Under the pieces are notes generated by a model, which was not told the origin of the DNA, ran no database searches, and saw only the letters and a list, made by a program, of their open reading frames with translations. This document shows positions 1-14,269 of a stretch of DNA of 64,000 nt, piece by piece. Each line of letters opens with the position of its first letter. Within the stretch, counting starts at the first letter, position 1. The position numbers and the translations under genes are program-made. Origin of the DNA: the human T2T-CHM13v2.0 reference genome, Homo sapiens; the NCBI RefSeq assembly GCF_009914755.1, contig NC_060927.1, one strand, 5' to 3'.

Positions 1-1314
1 CTCCACTCCTGGAACTATAGATTCTACCCAAAATGAACACTTACCTTTCAAATTGACACTTGGATAAAAAAGCAAGCAAAAGTAACCATATATATTTAAA
101 CAAACAAACAGTGGAAAAGGCTGCAACTTCTTTCACCGTTCTTAAGAGCAGAGCATTTAACCTTTGCATATACTCCCTTCCACAGTCTTACAATTTAAAT
201 GCATTCTTTAAAGTTAACCTGTTCTGTCAAGCATATGATAACTGCAGGAAGATATGCCAGTTGTGTGGAATGGAGATGGGGCAATGTCCTGCTGTTCCTT
301 TTTGTATTCACTTTATTACCCAGGGGAATAAGTTTTTCCCTGTGGCTCCCTTCAGCTTGATCGTCATTTTTCAGTGGTGAAAGCCCCATCAAGAGATAGC
401 AGCCTCTCCAATGGAAGAAAGAGGATCTGCCACTTTAAATTTTCAGCAGGCAACTGGCATTTTATTATTTACGTATTTCATGTCATTATGTTGGATAATA
501 TAACAAATGATGCAATCAGAGCCACGGGAAATTTAAAGTGGTGTACACCTGTTCTCACCTGGGAGAGGAGCAATAGCTCATACACAACTTCCCTAGCTGA
601 AAACCAGCAGTACACAAAACCTTTGCATAGAACTGTGCCTCCAAACTGACAAATAGGCCAAGTTGGAGAACATGAAATAAATTCCTTTAGCCTTCTTTGA
701 TGAGCTTTGGACTTGATTTTTTTTTCATAAATGACATTTTTCTTTTTTTGAAAGTCTTTTTTGTTGTTGTTTGCTTTAGGTAAACTGTCACGGACATAGG
801 AATGTAAAAATCAAGTATAAATCACAATTGCTTTCCTGAGCTCCTGGCTGAAATTTGTCTGCTAGTCCTAGTGATGGACCCATTTATCAGCAATGCTGTT
901 ACTTCCACTTGGAAATTGTATGCAGAAGAACTATGGTTGTATTTTCTGCAGTTAGTGAACCAAAAAAATATATTTCTCTCAAGAAATTGATAATGGGTCA
1001 TGAAAAAGAATTAGCTCCACCACAATCTCACCTCCTTGAGGGTCAACTTCATGAGAAATTAGGAAATTACTCAAGAAAAAAAATGACTTCAAATGTATAG
1101 CTGGTTGGCTGTTCCACTACTGGTTGAATCATATTAAGATAGCTTCAGGGTTTCTGGGTTACAGGAGCACTAAACACTCAAATCTCTAGCCATCTGCCTA
1201 TTACTAGGCCACGTTCCTGAAGGAGGATGAATATTCAGGTTAAATATTTTTTTTTTCTCATAAGGCTTTTGTCTCAATCCTAATGGAGTCTCCCAGTGAG
1301 CCAAGTGTACCTGG

Positions 1315-1711
1315 TAGGGCTGCCAGATAAAATACTGGACACCCCATTAATTCAAATTTCAGATGAACAACAAATAAGTGGTATTAGTAGTATGTCCCAA
1401 ATATTGCATGCTAGAGGTATAATGTATAGTCCAACCCCCCCCCAAAATATCCAATCATCTAGTGACATAGGATATGCAAGTATAATTATGAAATTATAAT
1501 TATACTAAAATAACATATATATTATACATATAAAATATTTATTATATTTTATATAAGGAAAACTTATACTCTATAGTATATAGGAAGTCCTAAATACTGC
1601 ATGGGACATATTTATACTAAAAGATTATTTGTTGTTTATTTAAAATTCAAATTTCACTGGGCATTAGGGGTTTTGTTGTTTGTTTTGTTTTTTCTAAATC
1701 TGGCAAACCTA
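1315..1711. mobile_element. MER53 palindromic hAT MITE, interrupted at its centre
   Basis: TIRs TAGGGCTGCCAGAT ... ATCTGGCAAACCTA; both palindromic arms present; central GTCCCAAATATTGCATG duplicated around an insert. Confidence 0.85.
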
Positions 1712-2524
1712 TTAAAGAGAAGACTCCCAGTACCTGAATTACCTGTAAGCCTAAGGCAAGTGCCCTTTTTGGCCCCTTTCACCTGGACCTACATCCATAT
1801 CCCAGTCACATACATCATCACTAGCCCACTAGCTAGCAAAGGACATCACAAATAAGGAAGTGGAAGAAAGAGATTTTCTTTATAAAGTCTATAGCAGATG
1901 CATCTAACCATTTTAGCTCAGGCTTCACCACAAAGATGCCTCTTCCCAAATGCGAGGTAGCCCAGGGCCCCTCTACCACGCCAACCACATGTAAGAAGAA
2001 AGGGAGACTGGGAATATCCATCCTGCTTTAAGGTCTCTGAGTTCTCACACCTTCAATCTTTCCAACACTAAGCAGTGTGGTCCAACAAATGACCTTAGAT
2101 GTGGCTCCTTGACATCAGCACCCTTCTTCCACAGGGCTGGAGTGCTGGCAAATCATTTCTACTGAAGCACAGGGTAACATACTTCTGGGACCCTGCTATT
2201 TCTTACGTTATGATGGGTGTACAAATTAAACTGATGGGTTCACAAGAACTTTATAATACACATTATAGTTTTTGTTCTTCTTTATTTTCCACAATAAATA
2301 CATGTGGCTTACCAGAACTACAAAGGAAATAAGATCAAGTTCTCACTTTCCTATTGTTCAATCTGGCACTCACAGTCAATCATGTCTTTTGAATAGTCAT
2401 CTTGCTGAGTATCAGAGAGGTTTCTGCCTCAGAGTGTTCTTGTTTCTTTGTGACCACACCTGTAAAAGTCTTTTGCTCTTTTGGTAATGTTCACATTACC
2501 ATGACCATGGCAGTGTCTGTCAGA

Positions 2525-2665
2525 TTGACACATGTTAGAATCATCTGGGGGGCTTGTTAAAACACAGAGTTTCTGATTCAGTGGGTCTAGGGTGAAGCTT
2601 GAGGACTTGCATTTGAAATATGAGCCCAAGTGATGCTGTTGCTGCTGGTCCAGGGACTACACTGT
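2525..2665. mobile_element. MER5A (hAT-Charlie MITE) fragment
   Basis: ttagaatcatctggggggcttgttaaaacacaga...gtgatgctgttgctgctggtccagggactacact. Confidence 0.85.
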
Positions 2666-3049
2666 GGCTATTGATTGGTCTTTCTTATTGTGGCCAGACG
2701 TTGCCTTATTACAGCTATAGGATACCAGTATCCTATTAAGGTGGCCATTGAATACCCTCAAATCAATTTTAGAAGACACGCCACATATGTGGGTGCATGC
2801 ACACTTTAGAATATTTATATATCAATCACTTTAAAAGATAATAAATCTATATCTCATTAGTGTTACATTAAATATAGAACACTGTGGTTCTCACGTGTTT
2901 GCTCTTAATTAGATATAGAAATTTCTGTCTATACCTGGGAATATATTTCCCTTTTGACTCCCAAACCACTATATATAATTAATACTTAGAGAAGATATAA
3001 TCTTTGCAAATGAATTAACTTGCAGATATACACTGATAATTTAAATAGA

Positions 3050-3465
3050 ACTTTTTTTATTTTGGTAAGTAATGCATATGTTAATAAAAACATTTAAAAA
3101 TATATAAAATTTTAAGAATTTTAAAGAAATAAAGAAAAAAAGTTCAAAATAACACATGAAGGTTACCACAAACCCCACACTCTAGACAACCTCCATGAAT
3201 GTTATATATCTCTCCTGCCTCTTTTGTTCTCCTTTTTTTCACTTTATGAAATTGGAACCACGTTGTACATACTGTTCTGCAATTTTTTTTCACCAAATGA
3301 TAAATTGTGATTATTTTCCTATACCACTAAATATGCTTCAACAGTATGATTTCTAATGACTGCAAAGTGTTCTTTCACAACGAGACATTTTAATTTATTT
3401 GGTTTATCCTCTATTGTTGGGCATTCAAAGTATTTTATTTTTTGCTACTGTAAATAATACCGTGA
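3050..3465 (-). mobile_element. Ancient L1ME-like 3' fragment
   Basis: Degenerate L1 3'-end motifs (tacatactgttctgcaa, tattgttgggcatt, tttgctactgtaaataat). Confidence 0.6.
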
Positions 3466-4907
3466 GATAGTTCCAGGTTAAAATTCCATTCTGGCTGATC
3501 ACCAGAATACAACTTTATCTAATTTCCAACTAAAACAAAACAACTATAAAGACCAGAAAATAATGAAAGCTCATAGAAACTCTAAAAATTTTGATTTATT
3601 AGCAATTAAACATTAGACTCTCAAAGGACTACTAATTACAAAGCAAAAAAAAAAAAAAACTGGGCAAGAAACAAAACTATTTAAGTTTTACCTCATGAGA
3701 TGCCCAATCTTTATCTCCTGTATTTAGTACAAAAGCCCTCTGAGAAGAAAAATGACTCTATGTGCATTCCCACTCTCCTTCCCCTACTCGGAATTCAAGA
3801 TCTTCGCTAAATGGAACATTAGAAGCTATTCTTTGCACTACAGCTGTTTCTTCTTAAGAATGCCACTCTTTCCTTTTGATACCTCTTTTTTGTACACCAC
3901 TACATAAACAGTTATACCCAAGGTGCAACTGATGAAACAAATGGGATGCTGGTGGTAATACCTCCCATCCTAGGATACGGAGCTCTATAAAGAAATCTGT
4001 TAAGTTAGGGGCAGAGATAGGAAGAATGCTGGGAAATGTGCATCAAAAAGTACCTGTTCACAGTATCATAAAACCAGACAGTAGCAGCAGAAGATGCCAT
4101 ATCAATAAAGTAAAGCTGCAATAGATGAGCACCTTCTAGGAAGTAGATATTGAACTTGGAGTAAACTCATCAACCTGCCCTTTAGTTGTTATGATGAACA
4201 AGGAATTTTGCCATCTGTCTGCAAGTGGACAGAACCAAGGGAATCCATATATCTTATTTGTTGACATATGACAATATTATAAAGAAAGTGAAAAGAAAGC
4301 ACCAGTTGGCCTAAGAAAATAATGCCAATCTGGAAGGTTCAAATGACAAGTGTAACTACAAAAATTATCAGCTTCTAGTTCAGAAGAAAATCTTGAAACT
4401 CTTTGGCATCTTTAATTCATACAAGAAAAAATTACTTTGATGAAGAGGGGCTGAAATGTGCATGGTGAGAATAACCCAGGAAGAAAGCCAATAAGTTGAC
4501 ACAAAAAGACAACAGTATTAGGGAAAAACGGATGTGGATGAGATGTGAAAGTATTGCAGATATATTTAAAAATGCAACAGGGAATTTAAAATGATATTTG
4601 AGGTCAGAAAGAGCAGAGTTGGTGTAGAGCACAAACTTGGGATCCTTTACCAGATTGCAGAGGAAAAGAACACAGATATGAAAGTTACAAAAAAGATATA
4701 ACTATAAAGAACAGAAAGCTGATCTATCTATCTATCTATGTATCTATCTGAATAATTAGAATTCATGAAGAAAATCTTAAGCAAATACAACAGAAAAAAA
4801 CACCAAAAATATTATTGAGAAAAAGTCTTTCAAAAAAAAAGATTTCATGAGCTATTAATTTGCAGGGAAAAAAATCGGTGAATTCATACCCATAACTGAA
4901 CTTATTC

Positions 4908-5079
4908 TGTGTGATGCTTTAAGAAAACATGGCCACATGTTATTTTATATTCTTCCCTTCAAGAGCTTAGTTTCTCTTCCCTTGAGAATGGACCAGATTT
5001 AGTAGTGACTTGCTTCTAACTTGCTTCTGGAAACGACAGTTTGTGACTTAGAGACTAGAACATAAAAGACACCACAGCT

Positions 5080-5133
<54 letters not shown>

Positions 5134-5482
5134 TCTTTCTTTTCACTTGCTTTGAGGGGAGTCAGCTGCTTTATAAAATAGTTCTATGTGGTAAAGAACA
5201 AAAGCATCCAGATGAGAACGAGTAAGGAACTGAGGCCTCCAGCCAATAGCCAATGTGAGTGAACCATCTTAGAAGTGGATCCTTCAGCTCCACGCAGGCC
5301 TTCAGATAACTATAGCTCTAGCCAATACCTTGACTGCAACCTCATCAGAGATGCTAAGTCAAAATTACTCAGCTAAGCCTCTACTGGATTCTGACCCACA
5401 GAAGTGATAACGAATGTCTGTTTTCATTAAGCCCCCAAATTTGAGGGTAATTTAAAAATGCTGAAATAGATAGCTGACATAC
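4908..5482 (+). mobile_element. MLT1F-like MaLR solo LTR
   Basis: ggaactgaggcctccagccaatagcc...tgagtgaaccatcttagaagtggatcc...ttgactgcaacctcat...gacccacagaa. Confidence 0.85.
5081..5140. repeat. (CT)n microsatellite
   Basis: Direct reading. Confidence 0.95.
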
Positions 5483-8458
5483 CTTGCCATCATTTTAAAA
5501 CTACCTATATATTATGTTGATGCAAAAATTATTATATGTAAAATATATTAAAAAGAGTTATGTGCTGATAATAAGCATTCTACCTAAAAGTTACTTAAGA
5601 GAACAAAAATAAAAATAGATCAGACTTCTCTTCCACAACACTAAATGGCAGATATCTGTAAATGCATATCTACTGAATTTGGAGAAAATATTCTGACTCA
5701 ATGATTTTATATAGAGTTAAGACATTCTTAGATACTCAAGAGTTCTTAAAATACACCCCACATATGCCCTTCTTGGAAAAAATTGATGATATTTTAAAAA
5801 TAACTTAGTAAAGAAACAACACTCAAGAAAAAAGATGGATACAAAAAGCAGTAAGTACTGCCAATTAACTGTAACAGTAAGTATAAAGCATTACAATATT
5901 ATTGAAGACTAGCTATTAAATAATTATAATTGTCAATAATTATTTTCAAAATTAAAGATATAGTTGGTATATATCCATAGTAACATAGTATATATAATGT
6001 ATAACTCTATATATAGTATTTATAACTATAGATATATATAGTGTGTGTATATATATAATACTGGGCATCTAAAATCTTATACTAAGAAAGACTGAAAAGT
6101 GAGGTATATGTGAAAAAGTGTACTGAACTTTGATTGATGTGGGGTGGGAAAAAACTCAAATTTTGTTGTTTTTCTAAGGTTTTGAAAATTAGAGAAATAT
6201 AGATTAAATATGCATTTTGAAATTGTTAATTATAACTATTAATGGAATTAAAAATCAGAAGCTATCTTTACAAAGCTTGGAAAATATGAAATATGGAAAT
6301 ATAGTTTTGATAGCAAAAGTCAGAAAAAAGTGAAAAAATGACGCATAAAATAGATCACATGGATAAAATGATGGTTAAAAAGCAAATATTTATTTTGTAA
6401 AAAAATTAATTGATTAAAATACCATATTAAAAGCCAAGATTTATATTTGATCAAAACCAAAATCCCACTATCTGCTGACAATGGCATACATCAAAAACGG
6501 ACACAAAGCTGTACCACTAAACATTAAAGTACAGATTAAAATATGTTTAATAAGTGCTGATCAAGGAAACCATATTGTTTAATTAATATTAGGCAAAGTA
6601 GAATTCAGTGCAACATGTAAAGGATGTCCTTGTCTTAGAGGGTCATTTTACATCAATACAGGATATATTTGGTAAAGAAAATGTAAAAATTATAAACCTC
6701 CCTGTACCAATTCCAATTACAACCACATATATAAAGTGAAAATTATTATAAATTAAATGGAATTTCAGGTATACTAAGTGCAAATTTTAAAAACATTTTC
6801 CCTAAAGTTGAAAAAAAAAAGCACACAAAAATAGTATACTTTGGAAAGAATTGGCAGTTTTAACTATTTTTTTCAAAGTTGAGTCTTTATGTAAAAAAGT
6901 ACACAATAAGAGGCTCCAAGTTGGCTAACTAGGGGCATTTTATACTTGCTTCCTCCACTAAGAAGAACAAAAATAGCAAGTAGATAATCACACTTTAAAT
7001 AGATCATCCAAGAGAAAACACTGGAATTCAACATATAAGTGACAGGCAATACCTAAAGCAAGGAAGGAGAAAGAAGCAAGGCAGCCTACTTGGCTGGCTT
7101 AGCTGGGAGCTGAGAGAGACTCCCCAATATGGGGGAAAGAGTGAGAGACCCTCAGCAGTCCACATTCTCACCCTGGACTCCAGTCCTAGCCATGGAAGAA
7201 CCCCTCAACCCTCACAGGCCCTGAAACTAATGTAGGGAGCTGACAAGGAATTGTACCACAAGCACTGTGCCAGGGAGGAAAGCTTGTGCTGGGTCCCTCA
7301 TATTCTTTGAGACCTAAGCAGCAATGGCAAGGTGCCATTTTAGAATTCCATCCCCAACAGGCTGCACACTATCCTGAAGCCCAGCAGCGCTGAGGCTGAG
7401 GTGCAAGAAAAGAGCTGGCTTAGGCATGAGTAACTGCAGGCTACCACACCCAGGGCTGAGGCATGAGTGGTATGCACACTCCCCACCTGCCAGTCTAGGT
7501 TGCCATCACTGAAGATAGCACTGCCCCCCAGTGGCAGAGCAGCAGCATGGCCACTGCCACCCCCTACCTGAACATTCCACTGATTGCCTAGGAATTACCC
7601 TACCCCTGCATACCATGGCCAGTTCCTATACACATTATCAAGGGGTCTGAGGGCAAGACAGCCTGCCCCAGCTTCATCCTTCCTTCCTCTGCCATGACAG
7701 AGCAGCACAGAGTTCAGGGACCTGGGGATTGCCCAGCCTAGTCCACCACCAATGGTACCTGAACACTCCTCCCAGGGACCTGAGGTTGGGCCTAAACTGG
7801 GCCACTATCACCTAGTTGCACTGCCACCTGTGGGCCTGGAGACTGACTTGTTCAGCCATTCAGCCACTGCCAGCACCAGCACACAGTGATCAGGAACCAG
7901 AGAGTTGTCCTACAACTGCCACTGCCATTGCCATTGCCATTGCCCATGCCATGCCAGCTTCTCTTTTAAGACAGGCACATTCTACCCATCACTGAGGCCC
8001 AAAGCCTGACCTATCTGGCATCCCAGTTGCCAGGAAAACTGCACACAGCATCTACTAATAACTGCACTCTAAGCCACCAAGTAAATATAAAATACCACTG
8101 ACGCTGTTTACAGACAAACAAATCACGCAGAGACAACTCTCCTGCATACACCAAGAATCAAAGCCAGAGTGCCTTAGCCAACTAACACCATAGATTCATC
8201 CTTAGGAAAAAGTCCTTCCCTACAAAAGCAAATTCAGAAAACTGGAAGAAGCGACTTATATGCCAGATGCATAGATATCAACATAAGGACACAGGAAACA
8301 TGAAAAAGCAAAGAAATATGACACATCCAAAGGAACAAAATAATTTTTCAGAAACACATCCCAATCAAAAAGAAATCCACAAACTCCTGGAAAAAGAATT
8401 CAAATTATTGATTTTAAAGAAGCCTAGTGAAATACAAAAGAACTTTAAAAACAGTACA

Positions 8459-8759
8459 GGCCGGATGCAGTGGCTCATGCCAGTAATCCCAGCACTTTGG
8501 GAGGCTGAGGAGGATGAATCAGCTGAGGTCAGGAGTTCGAGACCCACCTGACCAATATGATGAAACCTGGTCTCTTCTAAAAATACAGAAATTAGCCGGG
8601 TGTGCTGGCAGGATTACAATCCCAGCTACTGAGATTAGGAGGCTGAGACAGGAGAATCATTTCAACCCAGGAGGTGGAGGTTGCAGTGAGCCGAGATCGT
8701 GCCATTGCACTCCAGCCTGGGCAACAAGAGTGAAATTCTCTCAAAAAAAAAAAAAAAAA
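8459..8759 (+). mobile_element. AluS (Sp/Sq-like) inside L1 ORF1
   Basis: Full dimer with A-tail; TSD aaaaa(c/a)agtaca. Confidence 0.95.
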
Positions 8760-10770
8760 GTACAAAAAAAATTCAGAATATGAATGTGAAATTTACCAAA
8801 GAGATAGATATCACAAAAAAGAACCAAACAAATTCTGAAACTGAAGAATTCATTGACTGAATGACAAAATACATTCAAAAGCTCCAACAATAGACTAGAT
8901 CAAAAAAAAGAATCTCATAACTTGAAGATAGGTCTTTTGAAATAACCTACTCAGACAAAAATTTTAAAAAAGAATAAAAAAGGAATGAACAAAGCCTTCA
9001 TGATATGTGCAACACCATAAAGCAACCAAATACCTGAATTATTGGTATCCCAGAAGGTGAAGAGAAAAACAAAAGGATACAAAAACCTATTTAATGAAAT
9101 AATAGAAGAAAACTTTGCAAGTCTAACAAGAGATTTAGACATCCAGATACAGGAAGCCCAATGATACCCAAACAAATACAATGCAAAAAGGTCTTCTCCG
9201 CAGCACTTTACAGACAAGATGTCTAAAGTCAATGACAAAGAGAGAATCCCAAAAACAGCAAGAGGAAAGCATCTAGTCACCTATAAGGAAACCCCTAACT
9301 GACTAACCATGGACTTATTATCAGAAATCTGACAGGCCACAAGAGAATGAGATGATGTATTCAAAGTGCTGAAATGGAAGGAAAAAACTGCCAGCCAAGG
9401 ATACTATACCCAGCAACAATATCTTTACTAAATGAAGGAGAAATAGTCTTTCCCAGACAAGCAAAAGCTGAGAGAATTCATCACTAGTAAACCAGCCCTA
9501 CAAAAAATGTTCAAGGAAGTCCTAAACCTGGATGTGAAATAATGAGATTTACCATTATAAAAACACTTAAGAGTATAAAAATGGTAAAGCAAACACATAA
9601 ATGAGAAAGAGAAAGGACTCAAATGACACATCCACAAATAACTGCCAAACCACAATAACAAACAATAAGAGAAAAGGAAAGGAACAAAGACTATACAAAA
9701 CAATCAGAAAACAATATGACAGATACAAAACCTCACATATCAATAATAATCTTGAATGTAAATGGATTAAACTCTCCACTTAAAAGCTATAGACTGACTG
9801 AATGGATAAAAACCATGATTCAACTATATGCTGCCTACAAAATGTGCACTTCACCTGTAAAGACATGTAATGACTGAAAGTAAAAAGATGGAAAATGCTG
9901 TTCCATACAAACAGAAACCAAAAACAAGCAGGAGTGGCTATACTTAGATAAAACAGACAATAAACCAAAAACAGTTAAAAAAAAAAAGACAAGATCATTA
10001 TATAATGATAAAATTATCAATCCAGAGAGAGGAAATAACAATTCTAAACATATATACCCAATACTGGAACACCTAGATTTATGAAGCAAATATTACTAGA
10101 TTTAAAGACAGAGATGGACTCCAATCCAATAATAGGGACGTCAACACCCCACTCTCAACATTAGTCAGATTATCTACACAGATAATCAATAAAGAAACAT
10201 TGCATTTAAACTAGAGTTCAGACCAAATAGACCTAACAGGCATTTAAAGAGCATTTTATCTAACAATGGCAGAATACACATTCTTCTCCTTAGCACATGG
10301 AATGTTTTCCAGGACAGACTATCTGTTAGACCACAAAGAAGTCTCAACAAATTTTAAAACATATATATCAAGTCAACTATCTTCTCAGGCCACAATAGAA
10401 TAAAACTATAAATGAATACTAAAAGGAAATTTGGAAACTATACAAATACATGGAAATTAAATAACACACTCATGAACTATAGTTGTCAATGAAGAAATTA
10501 ACATGGAAATAAAAAAGTTTCTTCAAACAAATGAAAATGGAGACACAACATACCAAAACCTCTGGCATACAGCAAAAGCAGTACTAAAAGGGAAATTGAT
10601 GTCAATAAATGTCTACATCAAAAATTAGAAATATTTTAAATAAACTATCTAATGATGCACCTCAAGGAACCAGAAAAGCAAGAACAAACCAAATCCAAAA
10701 TGAGAAGAAGGAAATAAGTGATAGCAGGAAGAGAGAAAGAATAAAGACCAGAACTAAATAAAATGGAAAC

Positions 10771-10782
10771 TATATGTATATG

Positions 10783-10835
<53 letters not shown>
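10771..10835. repeat. (TA)n(CA)n compound microsatellite
   Basis: Direct reading. Confidence 0.95.
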
Positions 10836-10838
<3 letters not shown>

Positions 10839-13800
10839 GAATCAATGAAACTAAAGATTGGTTCTTCAAAAATAAATAAAATTGATAAACCACTAATTAG
10901 ACTAACCAAGAAAAAAAGAGAGAAGACTGAAATAAAATAAGAAGTAAAAAGGAGACATTACAACTAATGCCACTGAAATATGAAAGATAATCAGAAATGT
11001 TGTGAATATGCACTAACAAGCTGAGAAACCTAGAGAAAATGGATAATGTCCTAGAAACATACAACCTACTAAGATTGAATCAGGAAGAAACAGAAAATCT
11101 GAACAGAACAATAATGAGTAGCAAGATTGAGTTTGTAATAAAAAGTCTTCAAATGAAGAAAAGCCCAGGACTGAATGTATTCACTGTCAGACTCTACCAA
11201 ACATACTGAGAAGAACTAATACCAATCCTCCTCAAGCTATTCCAAAAAATTGGTCAGGAAAAGAATTCATGTGATATGACTGTGAATTCATAACTCATTC
11301 AATGAGGCCAGCATTACCCTGATACTAAAACCAGACAAAGACAACAACAACAACAACAAAATACAGGCCAACGTGTCTATGAAGATGCAAAAATCCTCAA
11401 CAAAATACTAGCAAATTGAATTAACAGCACATAGGAAAGGTAATATACCATGATCAAATAGGATTTATACCAGAGATGCAACGACAGTTTAACATACATG
11501 AATCAGTAAACATGATTCATCACATCAACAGAATGAAAGACAAAAATCATATGATCATCTCGATAGATGCAGTGAAAGCATTTGCAAACATTCAACATTC
11601 CTTCATAATAAAAAGTCTTGATGAACTAGGCACAGAAGGACTATATCTCAAAATAATGAAGGCCATCTATGAAAAACCCACAGCTAACATCATACTGAAT
11701 GGGAAAAAGTTGAAAATCTTTCCTCTAAGAACTGCAACAAGGCAAGGATGCATACTTTCACCACTCCTATTCAGCATAGTACTGGAAGTCCTAGTCAGAG
11801 CAATCAGGCCAGAGAAAGAAATAAAATACATTCAAATTGGAAAATAGGAAGTCAAATTGTCCCTCTTTGCAGATAACAGGATCTTATATTTAGAGAAACC
11901 ATAAGACTTCACCAAAAAAACTCTCAGAGGTGATAAAGAAATTTAGTAAAATTCTAGGATACAAAATCAACATACAAAAATCCGTAGCATTTCTAGACAC
12001 CAATAATGAAATAGGTGAAAAAGTAACCAAGAAATCAATACCATTTAGAATAACTACAAAAAATCTGAGAATAAATTTAACCAAGGAGGTGAAAGATCTC
12101 TACAAGGAAAACTGCAAAACACTGATGAAAGAAATTGAAAAGGACACAAACAAATGGAAAGGCATCCCATGCTCATGGATTGGAAGAATCAATATTGTTA
12201 AAATGAGCATATTGCCCAAAGCAATAAACAGACTCAATGAAATCCATATCAAAATGCCAATGTCATTTTTCACAGAAATAGAAAAAACGATATTAAAATT
12301 CACATAGAACCAAAAGAGAGTCAGAATAGCCAAAGCAATCCTGAGCAAAAAGAACAAACCTGGAGGCATCACACTACCTGACTTCAAAATATAAGGTTAC
12401 AGTAACCAAAACAGCATATGCATCTAAAATTAGAATTAAAAATAAAATTAAAATTAGACCAATGAAACAGAATAGACTAATGGATCAGTATATGTAAATC
12501 CACATATTTAGAGCCAACCGATTTTTGACAAAGGTGCCAAGAACATACATTGGAGAATGTATACCCTTTTCAATAAATGGTGCTGGGAAAATTGGATATC
12601 CTTGTGCAGAAGAATGAAACCGGACTCCTATCTCTCATCATATAAAAAATCAAAGAAGATGGATTAAATACTTAAATGTAACACCCAAAACTATAAAACT
12701 GCTGGAAGAAAACATGAGGAAAACACTTCAACACATTGGTCTAGGCAATGATTTTATGGCTAAGACTGCAAAAGCACAAACAACTAAAACAAAAATAGAC
12801 AACTGGGACTATATGAAACTACAAAGCTTCTGCACAGCAAAGAAAGCAATTAACAGAGTGAAGAGACAACCTGTTGAATGGTAGAAAATATTTGAAAACT
12901 ATTCATCTGACAAGGGACTAATATCTAGATTATACAAGGAATTCAAACAATTGAACAATATAAAAACAAATAATCCCATTAAAAAGTGGGCAAAAGACAT
13001 GAATGGGCATTTCTCACAAGAAAACATACAAATGGCTAGCAGGTATATAAAAAAATGTTCAACATCACTAATCATCCGGGAAATGTAAATAAACCACAAT
13101 AAGATACTCATCTTACCCCAGTTAGAATGATTATCTAAAGGATAAAAAATAACAGATGCCGGCAAGGATGTGGAGAAAAAGGAACTCTTACACACTGTTG
13201 ATGGGAATGTAAACTAGTTCAGCCAGTAAGGAGATTTCTCAACAAACTAAAAATAGAAGTATCATACAATCCAGCAATTCCACTACTGGGTATCTATCCA
13301 GAGGAAAAGAAATCAGTATAACAAAGGAATACCTGCACTCGCATAGTTATTGCAGTACTATTCACAATAGCAAAAATATGGAGTCAACATAAGTGTCCAT
13401 CAATGGACAAATAGATAAGGAAAATGTGATATATCTACCCAACAGAATAATATTCCACCATAAAAAGAATGAAATCATGTCATTTGCAGCAATATGGATG
13501 GAACTGGAGGCCATGATATTAGTTGAAATAACGCAGGCATAGAAAGACAAATATCACATGTACTCATATGTAGGAGCTAAAAAAAGTTAATCTCATAAAG
13601 GTAGAAAGTAGAATGATAGATAATAGAGGCTAGGAGGAATGGGTGGGTAGGAAGTGGGTATAAAGAAAGGTAGGTTAACAGATCCAAACATAACAGATAA
13701 AAGGTATAAGTTCTGTTGTTTGACAGCAGATGAGAGTGACTATAGTTAACAACAATGTATTTTATACTTGGAAGTAGCTAGAAGAGAGGACTTGAATTGT

Positions 13801-13906
13801 TTTCAACACATGGAAATGATAAATACTCAATGTGATGGACACCTCAAATATGCTGGCTTGATCATTACACATTTTATGCATGTAACAAAATATCACATTT
13901 ACTTCA

Positions 13907-14269
13907 TGGTATGGTTTCACTCTGTTGCCATCCAAATATCATCTAGAATTATAGCTCCCATAATTACCACATGTCATGAGAGGGAGCTGGTGGGAGGTAA
14001 TTGAATAATGGGGGTAGGGTTTTCCCATGCTGTTCTTGTGATAGTGAGTAATCATGAGATCTGATGGCTTTATAAAGGGCAGTTTCCCTGCACACACTCT
14101 CTTGCCTACTGCCTACTGTAAGATGTGGCTTTGCTCCTCTTTCGCCTTCCACCATGATTATGAGGCCTCCCCAGCAATGTAGAACTGTGAGTCCATTAAA
14201 CTTCTTTTTCTCTATAAATTACCCAGTCTCAGGTATTTCTTCATAGCAGTATGAAAATGGACTAATACA
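13907..14269 (+). mobile_element. THE1 (THE1C-like) MaLR solo LTR in the L1MA 3'UTR
   Basis: tggtatggttt...ccatgattatgaggcctccccagcaatgtagaactgtgagtccattaaac...ggactaataca; L1 sequence resumes on both sides. Confidence 0.92.

Larger units (their letters stand above)
4300..6890 (+). mobile_element. Highly decayed L1M/HAL1-like ORF1 to endonuclease remnant, host of the MLT1F LTR
   Basis: A-rich strand with L1 ORF1-like (atcagacttctcttccacaacactaaatg) and EN-like (ataccatattaaaagccaaga...cccactatctgctg) remnants. Confidence 0.5.

Noticed and set aside
11263-11291. Small insert between GAATTCAT direct repeats in L1MA ORF2
   Set aside because: Too short to interpret; ordinary indel decay.
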